Below are positions 50,351 through 62,470 of a DNA stretch of 64,000 bases, one piece after another. A model generated the notes under the pieces. The model was not told the DNA's origin. It was given only the letters and a program-made list of their open reading frames with translations, and searched no databases. The position numbers were made by a program, and so were the translations under genes. Positions within the stretch are counted from its first letter, which is position 1. Every line of letters starts with the position of its first letter. The stretch comes from Vicugna vicugna (Eukaryota): the NCBI GenBank assembly GCA_013265495.1, contig MU058451.1, positions 760,584 to 824,583 on the forward strand, read 5' to 3'.

Positions 50351-52687
50351 AGGCAGCTGGTTTTCACTGATGACCAACATGTTCACAAAAGTCATTCCAA
50401 GGAGCAACACAAAAGCAGTGACATCAGCATATAACAAAATGAAATTCTTTGTGGTATAATTAATTACAGAAATTGTAGTCACACAATGGCTCAAACTTCA
50501 GTGATCCCAAAAATCTAGTTTTCATAATCCCATCAGCAGTATCACTTTACATTTCCAGTGACCAGTTTAATAGTAAGGAGTGATAGTCAGCTATAAAATT
50601 ATCAAGATTTCATTGCTTTTACAAAAAGCACTAGAAAGCAGTTCCTGGCATGTTACAAAATATCATAATTAAAATGCATCTACTTATTACAATAGCAGGA
50701 TAGTGATGCCATAGCCTAGTTGTTTATTTCCTTTAGTAACAGTCATTTGTAAAATTCAGTAACTTCCAGAATTCAATAACTTCCAGACGTTAACTGTCAT
50801 TAGTACAAAATGGAATACCATATATGATTAATGACAAAAGAGAAAATGGGGCATTGACTATATATTTTACTGAAAGATAAGAATTAATGTCTTCATTTGG
50901 GAATAAGCAATTCAGAAATGAATCAATATTTTGCTAGCATTCAGTTGGAGTGTTGTTTTGGGGACAATTACTGAAGTTCTACTTATGAGTAAATTACAGT
51001 TATATTCATCATTGAAATGTTGGTTGAATCTCTATTATTGAAAATATCAATATGAAAGTCAAACATCATAATTCAAAAACCTTTTCACTTGTTTTAATAT
51101 TAGTAGCTTCATTTGAACAGAGAACATGTAATCCAGCCTCGACAAACTGTGTACCAAGAAACTATGATGAATTTGCAAATTATTTTTCCCAACTAAGGAC
51201 AATATCCAGCATTTGATTTTTTTTTTTTAAAGATCACTTGATTTTGGAATTGACTTTGGAATCAGCTTTCCTGGGTTCTTCAGGGTGGTGAAAGAATTAA
51301 TGGGGCACCATACTGTTTTTCATCGTCTCCTGATGGGAGTGTCTTCCAACAACCTAATATCCTATTTTGCTTTCTCCAGGCCACCTAATTTTTATCCATG
51401 TCCTTAATTGCTCCGGCCATTGGCACCATATGTGTCAGCCCACAAGGAACAACGTCAGTATCATTTGCTGCAACATGATCCTCGCTCCAGGTGGTTTCAT
51501 GGCAAGATGAACAAAGGCGAATGAGAAAGTAATTTATTTTTTAAAAACCAGAATGCCAGTTTACTAATGGACAGTTAGAATTGTAACTGTCACACAGACT
51601 AAAATATGCATCAGTAAGAGTTGGGCTGATAGGAATATTCTGGTCTGTGTGACAGTTATGATTGTTATTGTAGCTTATGAGTTTGTAAGCATGTAGGCTG
51701 GTGTATAAGGAAAGCCAACTTTCATCCAAAGAGTGAGTAAAGGAAAAATTTTAATTTGAACATTAGTAGTATCAGGCTGATAAAACCTGGGGCCATAGCC
51801 ATTTCCAAATGGGGTGAGCCTATTATAATTTTAGAATAGAGTCCTATTGTGTACCTGAAAGTTAAGAGATTGTTATTTAATCACATTATGTCAAAAATAA
51901 TCTAAATTTTACATGTAGGGGACTACAGCAATAATATTTTGGCATATCTAATTATCTGTTCAAGGTTGTAGTTCCTGAAACATAGGGACATTAAAGATTA
52001 AAATCAACACTTTGAATCTTGGAATAGAATAGTCAGCCAACATGGTGCGCAAAGCACTGACTCATCTCAAGTCGTATTTGATGATACATCTCAGAATAAA
52101 GAATTTATATTTCACTTTATGTGTTGAAAGCAGATATTAGCACTTTGGCATGACAATTTTAGTGCATGCATTTTTATTTTATTATTTTAACTAGCTCGCC
52201 AAATTCTTATTGACTTTATAACAAAATCCACAGTCTAAACAAATAGTATTTATTAAAATTAACCCAGTATTTACAATAACATTTTATTGTGTACCTGAAA
52301 GACCACACACAAACATAGATTAGTAATTTGAATCCATTTGTGAAAATGACTTATATATTTGACTATATCTAAATAGCCAGCATTTCATCTATGATGTTGG
52401 TGATGCCTTACTTTCCTAGGCATTGTGCAACAGTCCTAAGCGCTGAGAAGTCTGACGTTACGTTTTGAACATGGATGTGACTTTTTGGGAAGGTGAGAGG
52501 GAGTATTACTGCCCTCCTGTAAAAAACAGACACAGACACAGACAAATACACATAGTTTTTCTGACCATTTTTAAAGACACAGAGAAAGAGTTGATGAGGA
52601 GTAAACAAGATGGTAAAATGATTTTGAGTGATACCATGTCCTTTAAAACAAATCACTTAAGTTGCGTTAACAAGCAGGAAGTTAGTC

Positions 52688-52911
52688 CAGTTGACCCTTA
52701 AACAACGGGGGGGGGGGAGGTTAGAGGGGCTGACCCTCTGCATGGTGGAAAATCCGCATATAACTTTTATCGTCCCTCCTTACCTGTGATTCCACATCCG
52801 CAGATTCAACCGACCAGCAGATCCTATAGTACTATGGTATTTACTACTGAAAAAAAACCATGTATTAGGGGACCTGTGCAGTTTAAATCTGTGTTGTTCA
52901 GGGGTCAACTG
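52688..52911. mobile_element. Tigger2-derived MITE (TcMar)
   Basis: Terminal inverted repeats cagttgacccttaaacaac / gttgttcaggggtcaactg match at 17 of 19 positions. The 224-bp element has no transposase. Confidence 0.85.
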
Positions 52912-52944
52912 TGTATTGAAAAAGTAGTGCAACTAACTTCAGAT

Positions 52945-54620
52945 CATCTATCTTAATTCATCCATTTGTTCATGCCTCCACTCATCTACTAACATACCCT
53001 ATCAGGGTCCATTCAGAGATAGATGAAAATTGGTCCTTACTGTTGACAAGTGCACAGTCAAGACAGGAAAATTATTTAATCCTTTAAGCAGAGAATATTA
53101 CTTTAGGTCATTGGTCTTAGCTTGTTCTTATATTATTGTGTAGTGTGATCCTTCCCCCTTTCAACTTAGGTTTCTATTCACTATAGCTCTAATTTTCTGT
53201 TTTAATGCTTTGCCTTCCTTCGCTGCATTCATTACTTCTCATTGAATTTCTCTGGATACATCTTCTGATAGGTAATTTGCCCTCTTCTTGGTTTTACTCT
53301 TTGATGTTTCTTAATTGTTCTCTTCTGGACCTCATAGCCGTCCATTGCTTGGTTACCCACCCTCTCCTAAACTTCCTGCCTCTGATGGGGTCTGGCTTGT
53401 GTTTTACTGGAAGGTAAACCATGAACCAGAAGGATAGGGACCTGGGTCCAGATAAAGATGGTGACCATGGTTGCAATAACCATCACCATAGGCTGATGTT
53501 TCCCTTAGGGGAAGGGCTTTCAGAAGTCATAGTTTTAAAAGATGAGTGGATTAGTTAGTCCCTGCCAAAAACTGTCAAGATGCAGAAAGAGAAGGAGAAG
53601 GGTTTGGAGGAGATTGAGATTACTTTGGCAGTTTTCCAGAGTGTAACTTTAGGATAAAAATGCTTATAGACTTTTTAAATTGAGTTTTACTGTATATGAT
53701 GAGATAGAACCTTTTCCTCAATAAAACTGAAGGCATTCCAGTAGTCTCTGGGACATTGGAGTTGGTTTTGTTTGGATGGAGCAATGTACTGAGACCAGCC
53801 TTAAAGAGAGAAAAGGAGTCTGGTTGTATTCAGGACGACTGCACTGTGGTGGCATCCTGGTCAACTTCGACTTACTCCCTGACGCTGTTCCTGACATGAT
53901 AAATCATAGTTGCTATTAATAGTTCAAGGAATGACACATTTTTTTTCTTGAACATTGGGATCCTTCAGGGTAAATGTTGCTAAACTTCTGATCACGATGT
54001 TTAGCAGGAATTTGAAACTTCGGTGCGCATCACAATTATCTACGCACCTTTAACAAGATACAGCCTCTAGATAGGGCCACAAACCAGACCCACACAATCA
54101 GCTTCTACCAGGGGGACCTGCATGTGTGCATTTTCAGTAAGTTTCTTAAGTATTTCTGAAGTTCAGGAGGGTATGAAACCTCAAGCTTTCATGCCTTCCC
54201 TTGTCATGACCTCAGGGGCAAGGAATTCTGACCATGTGCTCTGCTTTTGAAAGTAGGAAAAGTGGATCTGGAACTTAGAAGCCTGGATGTATAAGGGTGT
54301 TGAAGTCGTTTTGCTGAGGGTGCAATAGAAAAGGAAAGAAAAGGAAAGCCTAGGAGGAAGTGCTGAAGAGTGCATTTAGTGGAGGACCTTGGAGGAGGAG
54401 TTTTGTTGGGGAAGAAGACAAAGACAGACCGTCAAAGATGTCGAGAGCTCTGTCTTACTTCAGGAGAGTGGAATTATTCATCAGGGCTGATGCTGCAGGA
54501 TGGTGAGAATGCCGCAAAGGCAGGTGGACTTGGTGATCCAGAGGTTTTCAGGGATGTTCAAGAGAGAAAACAGTGTTGGAGGTAGAAATCAGGTCGCAAA
54601 AGTTGAAGGCTAGTCCTGTC
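52945..54620 (-). mobile_element. Patchy L2 remnants
   Basis: L2-like 3' end at about 52945-53090 and purine-rich L2-like patches at about 53400-53860 and 54400-54620. Confidence 0.45.
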
Positions 54621-55648
54621 AATCCTGACTGTGCCTCATAATCACTTGTGAAGAATTAAAACCAAGGAATTTCTGATTTCTAGCCCAGATGTGCTAAACT
54701 GGGATTTCCAGAAGAGAGGCCTGAACATTTGTTATCTGAATTTTCAGAAAGCTACACAGGGCATTTAGTACAGAAGCCGAGCCCAGGGGCTGGGGAGGAT
54801 GTGGAATGTAAGAAGGGCGGCAGGAATATAGACCACTCTCTGAAAACAGAGGCAGGGAGGAAGAAAAAGCAGATTGCAGAGAATTAGAGGTAGGTAGAGC
54901 GGGTGGAAGGAAACCTTCTGTGCTTTTGTTTTTCTCTGGAAGGAAATGAACATGTTTGAAGGGAAAGAATGGTTGAGACCAAGAGGTTACAGCAGCAACT
55001 AAAAAAGGGTAGTTGAAGTAAAGTCCTTGAGAAAATAGCATTGAAACCTGCCTTGGTGAAGGGGAAGGTTAGGTCAACAACCAGTTCTTATTTCATTGTT
55101 AAAAGGAGCTGAAGGTCACCCTGAAGAGCCAGAAAAGTAATTGGTTCTTATCTGTGGCTACTGAGGGTTCACCTGTTTGAATGTTGCTTTTCAGTGTAAA
55201 CCCTTCAACCCACTTCCCAGCTTTGACAATGATGGGCCAATGTCAGGCTTGAACAAGCTAGAATGGGCCTGTGGGGGTGATCCTGAAGAAGTTCAGGAAG
55301 GCCTGAGAAAGGTGGCTGCATGCTAGGTATTTCCATAGGTTTATGGAAATGGTAATTAGGCGGAGTTTAAGCTTCTGTAGACTTTCAGGTCTATTAACAA
55401 GTTACAGAGCTTCTGTAATTCTCCACAAAGACGGCCGTTGATTCCGAGCAATGATTTTTCATCACATCCGAGTGCTGAGCAGCACTTATTTCTGCTCTCA
55501 AAGAAAGTTTCCTTTTGCTCTGAGATGATTGATTTTTCATTTTAGGGGACTTCCTTTCTCCTGCCTTAAACTGCAGGAAATGTGGGGGTGATGCGTATTC
55601 AGCACGTATTGCAAGTAAATCATTAGAACTCTTGCAAACACACCTTAC

Positions 55649-55702
55649 GGCTGTCAACCAGCTTATCCTCAGTGCATGGTTCTTCGGCAATATGTGTTTA
55701 AG
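55649..55702 (-). other. Candidate 54-nt exon
   Basis: Acceptor 'ccctgtttttcgtattcattgtcaccag|C' and donor 'GCC|GTAAGG'. Confidence 0.3.
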
Positions 55703-56699
55703 CTGGTGACAATGAATACGAAAAACAGGGTCGAATTTTAACCCATGTTGTGCCCAGGCAATAGCTTAGTTTACCCGGCCACTACTTTCCTTTTCTAGGT
55801 GCAGCAAACATAAACTTTCAAAGAAAATAACCTAACTATTAAATTATTTTCAATAAAATCTAGGGGAATGTGGCTGCTGCCTGTCGCTGTGTTTATCTAT
55901 TCTTTTCCTTATTGTGGGGGGACAGTCATGCCTACCTCCCCTTTTATTGTATCTTACCCTCTGTTTGGGGATTAAGAAATGCAGGTGAGCTTATTTAAGT
56001 GAATGATTTCAGGGTTAGACCTAAGCAGTAAATTTTGTTAGATTCTCTTTTTCATTCAGCTGTTGCACTTTTTAAGATAAAGTTAAAATCCACTGGGCCC
56101 TTGGAAAATATGTCAGATGGACGCATAATCTACTTGTTGACTTTACAGTCTTTTTGAAGCAAGGGTCCAGGATGGAGAACTCACAGCATTTCTCCAGGGC
56201 GCTTATACTGCCTGGAATGAGGTGAGGCTTGTTCCCGGGGCCTCTTGTAGGAGGACTTTCGGTTTAAATTTTAGCAGATGTGTCTGCCCTACAGAGATGC
56301 CATGTGGACCATTTGTGGTTATTTTAGATGTTACTCTTGTGAGTAAGAAATTACTGTTCCCCCAGATTTTGAAGACTTTATTGCTAAATTCTAAATAATT
56401 TTTACAAGTTCATTTATTTATTCTGCCAGCAAATGGAGTCCCTTCTGCTGTGTGCGAGGCACCGAGAGAGGTGTTGAAGTCACAGAAATGGGTAAAATGG
56501 ATCCTGACTGCAAGAAAATCACAATCTGGTAGGGCAAGCTGGAGTGTAAGTGACTAATGGTTAGTACTTTAGAAATACTTCAATATTATGCATATTTGAA
56601 TGACGATCTAGTACTTTCCATGCTGGTGTAGCCATTTAAGAGTGGATTGCTAATCCCTGAGAATCAATCAGGAAGCCTGAAATACTCTTTGAAAGGAAG

Positions 56700-57300
56700 T
56701 GCCTTCACCTGCGAAGCAATTGAAAGCCCCACCTCCCCCTCGCCCAAACCAGAGGGCAACCTCGAGGCGCAAGAACGTCAGTCCTTAAGAAGTTACCTCG
56801 CCTTCCTCGGCCAGCACTCCAGTTCTCTCCCTGTGGTAGGTCACTTCAGTTTAAATGGAAGAGGATTTCTGTTGTCAAAAGCTCATGGTAGGATGAGTTC
56901 CTCGGGTGAAAAACCAAGCCCCACCAGTACTGAAGGTGAAAAAGAAATATATCAAGAGGAGAAATCTATTCAGAGATTGATTTTGTTTCCTTCAACAGCC
57001 AAAGTGGATTTTGAAAATCAATAAGTCCTTTGCAGTGCTGCCAAAAGCCAGCAAACGTGCCAAGTCATAAGCTGTCAGAGGAGTAACTACAGGAAGGCTG
57101 CCAGGTCCGAGGCGGCTGCCTGGCCGCCTGGCTGCCACTGACCTCGTGGCGGTGTGGAGCTGGAGCCGGAGCCGGAGCCGTAAATCTTCGCCTTGTCGCT
57201 GCCGCAGGGTGACTTGGCTTCGCGGGCAGCATACGGAGGTGAGTACTTCAGGTCTGGGGAGCCTCTCTGACCTGGTGACTGAGTTCACACGCTCGTGTAA
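56700..57300. promoter_or_regulatory. CpG micro-island, probable promoter with + strand first exon ending at 57238
   Basis: About 16 CpG between 57105 and 57295 in an otherwise CpG-poor window. Consensus donor GAG|GTGAGT at 57238/57239. The gene is not identified. Confidence 0.6.
57156..57179 (+). repeat. (GGAGCY)4 hexamer repeat
   Basis: ggagct ggagcc ggagcc ggagcc. Confidence 0.9.
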
Positions 57301-58614
57301 GAACCTAGATATGAGGAAAAGCAAATCCCGCTCTTACTTTTAATTTCATTTCCCCAGGGAGAGATGGGCCCCAACCCATGCCATCCTTTCTAGAACTGCT
57401 GGAGCTGGTGTGATGGCTTTTCGGGGTTTTGGAGCATGTATGAGGGGTTGCGGCTAACTGGCAGAGATAATCAAATCCATGGCAGTGACTGGAAGCTTAC
57501 TTTGCAAGTAGCTCAATATGAGCTTCTATTAAACAAACGCCATTATTAAGATAAGTTTTCCATGGGCATTCAGATGGGGAGGAGAGAAACAGAAGTGGCT
57601 CGCTCCTGGAAAGAAAGTCAACCGTTTTAGTTGTCAGAATGTTCTCCCAAGAAACCAGGGTTATTTGCTGGATTTTGATAGAAATCTTAGGGAAAGTAGT
57701 GGATAACTAATGTTGAAGTAACTGAAACAAATTTTAAAATCAGTTGAGTAACTTCTGTGAACAACCACAAAGAACTATTTTGCAACCAAAAAAGTGTGAC
57801 GTGTGACTGAAGCGTCTCTGAAATGTCATCGCTAGACGTGCAGTTGCCGTTCTTGGTTTGCATCGCTGCTGGACTGAGGGGAAGTGGTGCAGAATGTGAT
57901 TTGGGCCCATCTTTTAGTTCTGTTAAATGAACCGTATGGACTGGCACATCAGTGAAAGAGATAGGGTCTCGGATTTGCATGATAAAGGATTTGTTTCACT
58001 TGCCACATATTTTTATTTATTCATTTATGCAGTACCTCATTAACTGTCTCTTAAGGGCAAGGGGCTGGGTGAATAAGTCACTATGAAAAAATCACAGTCC
58101 GTAACCTTAAGGCACGTAGCATCGAGTTAGTGGGAGAGAGACCTACAGGTGCCGTTAATGAGGAAGCCGAGTGGAACAAACCTGGAAAGCTTGTTTGTGT
58201 TTAATAACTTCCGTCTCGTCAGTAGAAGTTATTTACTGAAAGTGAGGTGGAAATGGTTGGCCATTTAAACAGTGCTGGAAAGATTTGGGAAGGCCAGCAG
58301 GTAGCACTAATTTGCCTTGATGAAGCTGAACCATCCTCATAAACTGCCCTGTGGCGGATAATGAGGACCAGGAACACATGAAAAAGTCCTGTGGGCTGGA
58401 GGCCACTGAGGGTGGTTGTCTCAAAACAGGACACTTCTGTCTTCTTAAGAGATGATAACTCAGGAAGCACGGAGTGGGAAATAATTTCTGGCCTTGCCAA
58501 AGGCACCAAAGAGGTAAAAGTCAACAAGCAAAAAGCCATTTAGTAACGAGTCAACATCACGGGGATGAGGGTGAGAACACAATCTTGCAGCGCACCACTG
58601 AGGCGGTGGGGTGT

Positions 58615-59780
58615 AGCAGAATTGCTGGGGCTTTTTGTAACTCTGTGTTTAACCTTTAGAGGAGCTGCCGAAATGTTTCCAAAGGGACTGTCATCCCATT
58701 TTATATTTCCGCCAGTAATGTATGAGGGATCCAATTTTACCTCATTCTCATCAACCCTTTTTAATTCTAGCCATTCTAGTGGGTAGGGAGTGGTGTTTCG
58801 TTGTGCTTTTGATTTGCATTTCCCTTACGGCTACTGATGCTGAACATCTTTTCGTGTTGTTGGTAGCCATTTGTATGTTTTCTTTGAAGAAACGTCTATT
58901 TGGATACTTCACCTGGGTTGTCTTTCATTACTGAGCTGTTAAGTGTTCTTTAAGTGGTTTAGAACAGTTGTATATCAGATAAGTGCTTTGCAAATATTTT
59001 CTCCCATTCTGAGGTGTTTTTCTTTTTCATTTTCGTGGTTTCCTTTGAAGCACAGATTTAAAAATTTTGATTAGATCCAATTTATCTATTTTTTTCTTAT
59101 CATTTGTTTTTGCTGTTGTATCTAAGAAATCCTTGTCTAAGACAAGGTCATGTAAATACTCCTATAGTATGACTTTTGAAATAGGAACTCTTGGATATGG
59201 ATAGCTGAAGTGTGATACATCCAAACAGTGGAATATTAATCCTCAACATAAAGGAATATGTGTATATGTCCATGAATGACTGAAAAATTGTGCCGAACAC
59301 TGGAATTTGACACAACATTGTAAAATGATTATAAATCAATAAAAAATGTTAAAAAAAACAAAAAAACATAAAGGAATAAAGTACTAATACATCCTACAAA
59401 CTGGTTGAACTTGGAAAACATTATTTTAAGGGCAAGTAGCCAGTCACAAAAGAGCAAGTGTTATACAAGCCCATTTATATGAAAGGTCCAGCACAGGCAA
59501 ATCTATAGAGACAGAAAGTAGGTTAGTGGTTGCCTGTGGCTGCAAGGTTGGGGATGGGAGGGTGGGGGAGGGCAAGGATTGTGGGGAAATAAGGAGTAAT
59601 TGCTAATGAAGACAGATTTAGTTTTGGTGAAAATATTCTAAAATTTACTGATGGTTGCATAACTTTGAATGTATGAATATACTAAAGGACATGAATTTTA
59701 CACCTTAAAGGGGGTAAATTGTATGGTATGTGAATTAGCTCAATCAAATGGTTATGTGCATATTTTAAAAAAAATTCTGT
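58615..59780. mobile_element. Old L1M with 5' inversion and a nested young L1
   Basis: The L1 ORF2-end segment lies on the minus strand (about 58615-59150), followed by the downstream L1 3'UTR on the plus strand (about 59190-59780). Confidence 0.8.
59259..59364 (+). mobile_element. Young 106-bp L1 3' end (camelid-type)
   Basis: Perfect 14-bp TSD aacataaaggaata (59245-59258 / 59365-59378). One mismatch to the 30859 copy over the shared body. Confidence 0.93.
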
Positions 59781-59789
59781 GAGCAAGAC

Positions 59790-59935
59790 CTCTGCCAAGT
59801 CTTTCATATTCATTATACTGTTTAATGATTACAGCAGCCCTGTTAAGGGGGGTGGTTATTATTACCATTTTGCAGATGAAAAAACTGAGGCTTAGAGAGG
59901 TTAAGTAACTTGTCCCAGGTCATATACCTTGTAAA
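59790..59935 (-). mobile_element. MIR SINE
   Basis: 'ccattttgcagatgaaaaaactgaggcttagagaggttaagtaacttgtcccaggtcata'. Confidence 0.9.
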
Positions 59936-61339
59936 TAACAGATTAAGGCAGGCAATGTGTTTGTGAAGCCCAAAGCTAACCACGGACCTCTTCTAGCTAA
60001 GGAGACATTTTATTTCAGCTCAGCTGACCTCTGTGTACCCCACTTTTTCCATCCTTGGTCATACTTTTTGTATCAGTATAGTGAAAGAAAAATGGAGGCT
60101 AAAAGCTATTTAAATAACAAGAGTAGCCTTATAAATTTGTACCTACTAAAGAAGAAACAGAATGATGGATGCCGGCTATTTAAGATGACAGCTCAACTCT
60201 CCATGTGTTTTTTCTGTACAGACACATTCTTCAAGAGAATTCATGTCTATGAACATTTTTAGAAAAGACTGTTGGAGAGAATGGCTTGTTTAAAACACTG
60301 ATTTGTGCTGCAATGAATTAAGGCAGGGGTATAAGGATCTATTTTGCTCTTTTGAAACTTTTGCCATCTGGTTCTCAGCGTCCCCTCAACATAGTTTTCA
60401 GGCTGTGAAATTCTGTACATCTTTATGAAGCCCAAGACTTGACCTTTGGGAGGGAGAAGTCTTATTTTATTATGCTGACACCACACATCATAACTCTTAT
60501 TTTGCTTGGAGATCTCATTCAATGTCATCGCCAACATGTGCAACAAGAGATACGTCATGTTTATGGCTAGAATATTCCTTTTATTTCCAGTTACAGTTTT
60601 CCCATAAAATCTCTACTGAAAATAATCTCCATGCAGTCATTGAATGTTATTGCTTGGAATAGAAATGCTAAAACAATTTGCTTGTTTAGGATCCTGAGTA
60701 TTTCCCAACATTTTGAAGCATCTCAGTCCTCCACAAAATATCTTTCCAGCCAGAGCAGTAGTAATGTAAGTCTGTGGCTTTTCTTGTCATGTATTTTATG
60801 GGATTGTTACCTCTCACGTGTATTTTGTATTCCTCCCACGTGTATTGGAGTACAACGGGGAAATAATTCTATTTGGACTCTTCTAGATATTTTATAGCTA
60901 TGATTGACATTCTCTCAAGAATTGTTCATTAAAAAAATAAAATTTCCCAATGAGATCCTTGGATGGGCAGAGTCTGCCCATCATACTAAAATTCAAAAAA
61001 TACTTGTATACATCTTCAAAATTAGACCTTGTCTTCTCCCTATCATCTTTTTCTATATGTACAAATTCCCTCTTGAACTGGGTAAGTAGGCTGGGAGGGT
61101 GACCTTGCTCCAGGAGGCCAAGGGCAAGAGAAACAGAGGGTCCCTGGAGAACCCTGAAGGTCAAGCCCTGGGAACAAAATTCAAAGGGTTGACGGGGGTG
61201 GGAGGTGGGGGAGGGAAGGTTGCAAGGGAAGAAGCTGAAAACAAAGGTCAGAGAGGAAGAGCCTGGCAGAACTAGCAGGATAGGGGCAGAGGAAGCAGTG
61301 ATTTGGGTGATTTCCATAAATGCAGGTACATGTGATCTG

Positions 61340-61715
61340 ATGCAGTGAAATGACCGTGGCTTTGGAGTGGGATCTGAGTTCAAATCTTGCTTAATAAACT
61401 AGCTCCAAGAAGTGATCTTCCCCCTCTGCACCTGAGCTTATCTGTTTGATGAGCATCTTCATCATCACATCAACACCATTACAACAACTGTCACTTTCCA
61501 AATACCTGTTATATGCTAGTTATATGCTACGTAGAAAATTGTGTTTAACCACCCATACAATCCAATGAAGCTTTTTTAAAATTATTATTATTATCCTCAC
61601 TTTGCAGATGGGGGAAATCGAAGCTCAGAGAAGTTTTAATTTGCTCAAGGTCCTTTCCAACAGCTGGAAAGTAATAGAACCAGGATTTTAATCCAAGTCT
61701 GTTGGACTCCATAGT
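61340..61715. mobile_element. Two MIR fragments (+ about 61340-61445, - about 61480-61715)
   Basis: 'ggatctgagttcaaatcttgc' and 'ctcactttgcagatgggggaaatcgaagctcagagaag'. Confidence 0.75.
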
Positions 61716-61729
61716 CTGCTGGACCACTG

Positions 61730-62050
61730 GCTCCGAATGACCCAGAGCACATATTACCAGAGGCTCCTAGACTCTCCCATGGACCTTCTGTGCTTGCATG
61801 TCTGGGGTGGGTCCCAGAAGCATGCATTTGAACTTGCCTCTCAGGTGACTCTTACGCTCTACATAAAAGTACTTGCTCCTCAAGGCGGGGTCTGTGGTCT
61901 GGGGCCAGCAGCCTCAGCACCCCCTGGGAGCTTGTTGAAAATGTAAATTCTCAGCCCCTACCCTGGTCCTGCTTAATCAGAACCTGCATTAGAGCTAACC
62001 AGGTCCCCAGGTGATTCATGTGCCCATAAGTTTCAGGGAGGCCTGTTCTA
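61730..62050. mobile_element. MER5A/MER5B-type fragments
   Basis: 'ccagcagcctcagcaccccctgggagcttgttgaaaatgtaaattctcagcccctaccc...tcagaacctgcatt...ccccaggtgattcatgtgc'. Confidence 0.75.
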
Positions 62051-62299
62051 CAGGGCTGTTGTGAGGATGAGAGATACTAAATGTAAAGTATCTACCATAC
62101 CAAAAGTACCCTTTGTTACCATTCCCTTTTTGATCAAGTAGAAGACGGTGTTCTGGGAGGGCCCCCAAGCATAGGGTTAAGGGTAAACACCTGTTCTGCT
62201 CTCCCCTTCCTCTGGGATCTATGTCAAGTGCTGTTTTGGGATTTCCCAGTGTATGCCACACCCCCTTCCTTTCCTGAAGGCTGGTTGTGATGTCCTTCC

Positions 62300-62470
62300 T
62301 CCACCAACACTGGAGTCAGAAGATACGGCTTTGACTCTTGGCTTGGCTAATTATTGCCTGTGTCCTTGGGAAAATTAATTAGCATTTTAATGACCCTCAG
62401 GTTTATCAGTTATAGAAAGAGAATGATGATGAAAGTAATACATTTTATCACGCTCAAACTTAAGAGTTAG
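62300..62470 (+). mobile_element. MIR fragment
   Basis: 'gcctgtgtccttgggaaaattaattagc...ccctcaggtttatcagttatagaaagagaatg'. Confidence 0.55.

Noticed and set aside
50753-50786. 17-bp micro-duplication aattca(g/a)taacttccag
   Set aside because: Ordinary slippage-type tandem duplication.
51380-51530. Open frames on both strands in a conserved-looking block
   Set aside because: No suitable start or matching splice pair with an open phase, and the peptides are not recognised.
56992-57324. 110-aa minus ORF and 125-aa plus ORF (56647-57024) across the CpG island
   Set aside because: GC-rich islands routinely give open frames. No family resemblance held up on inspection.
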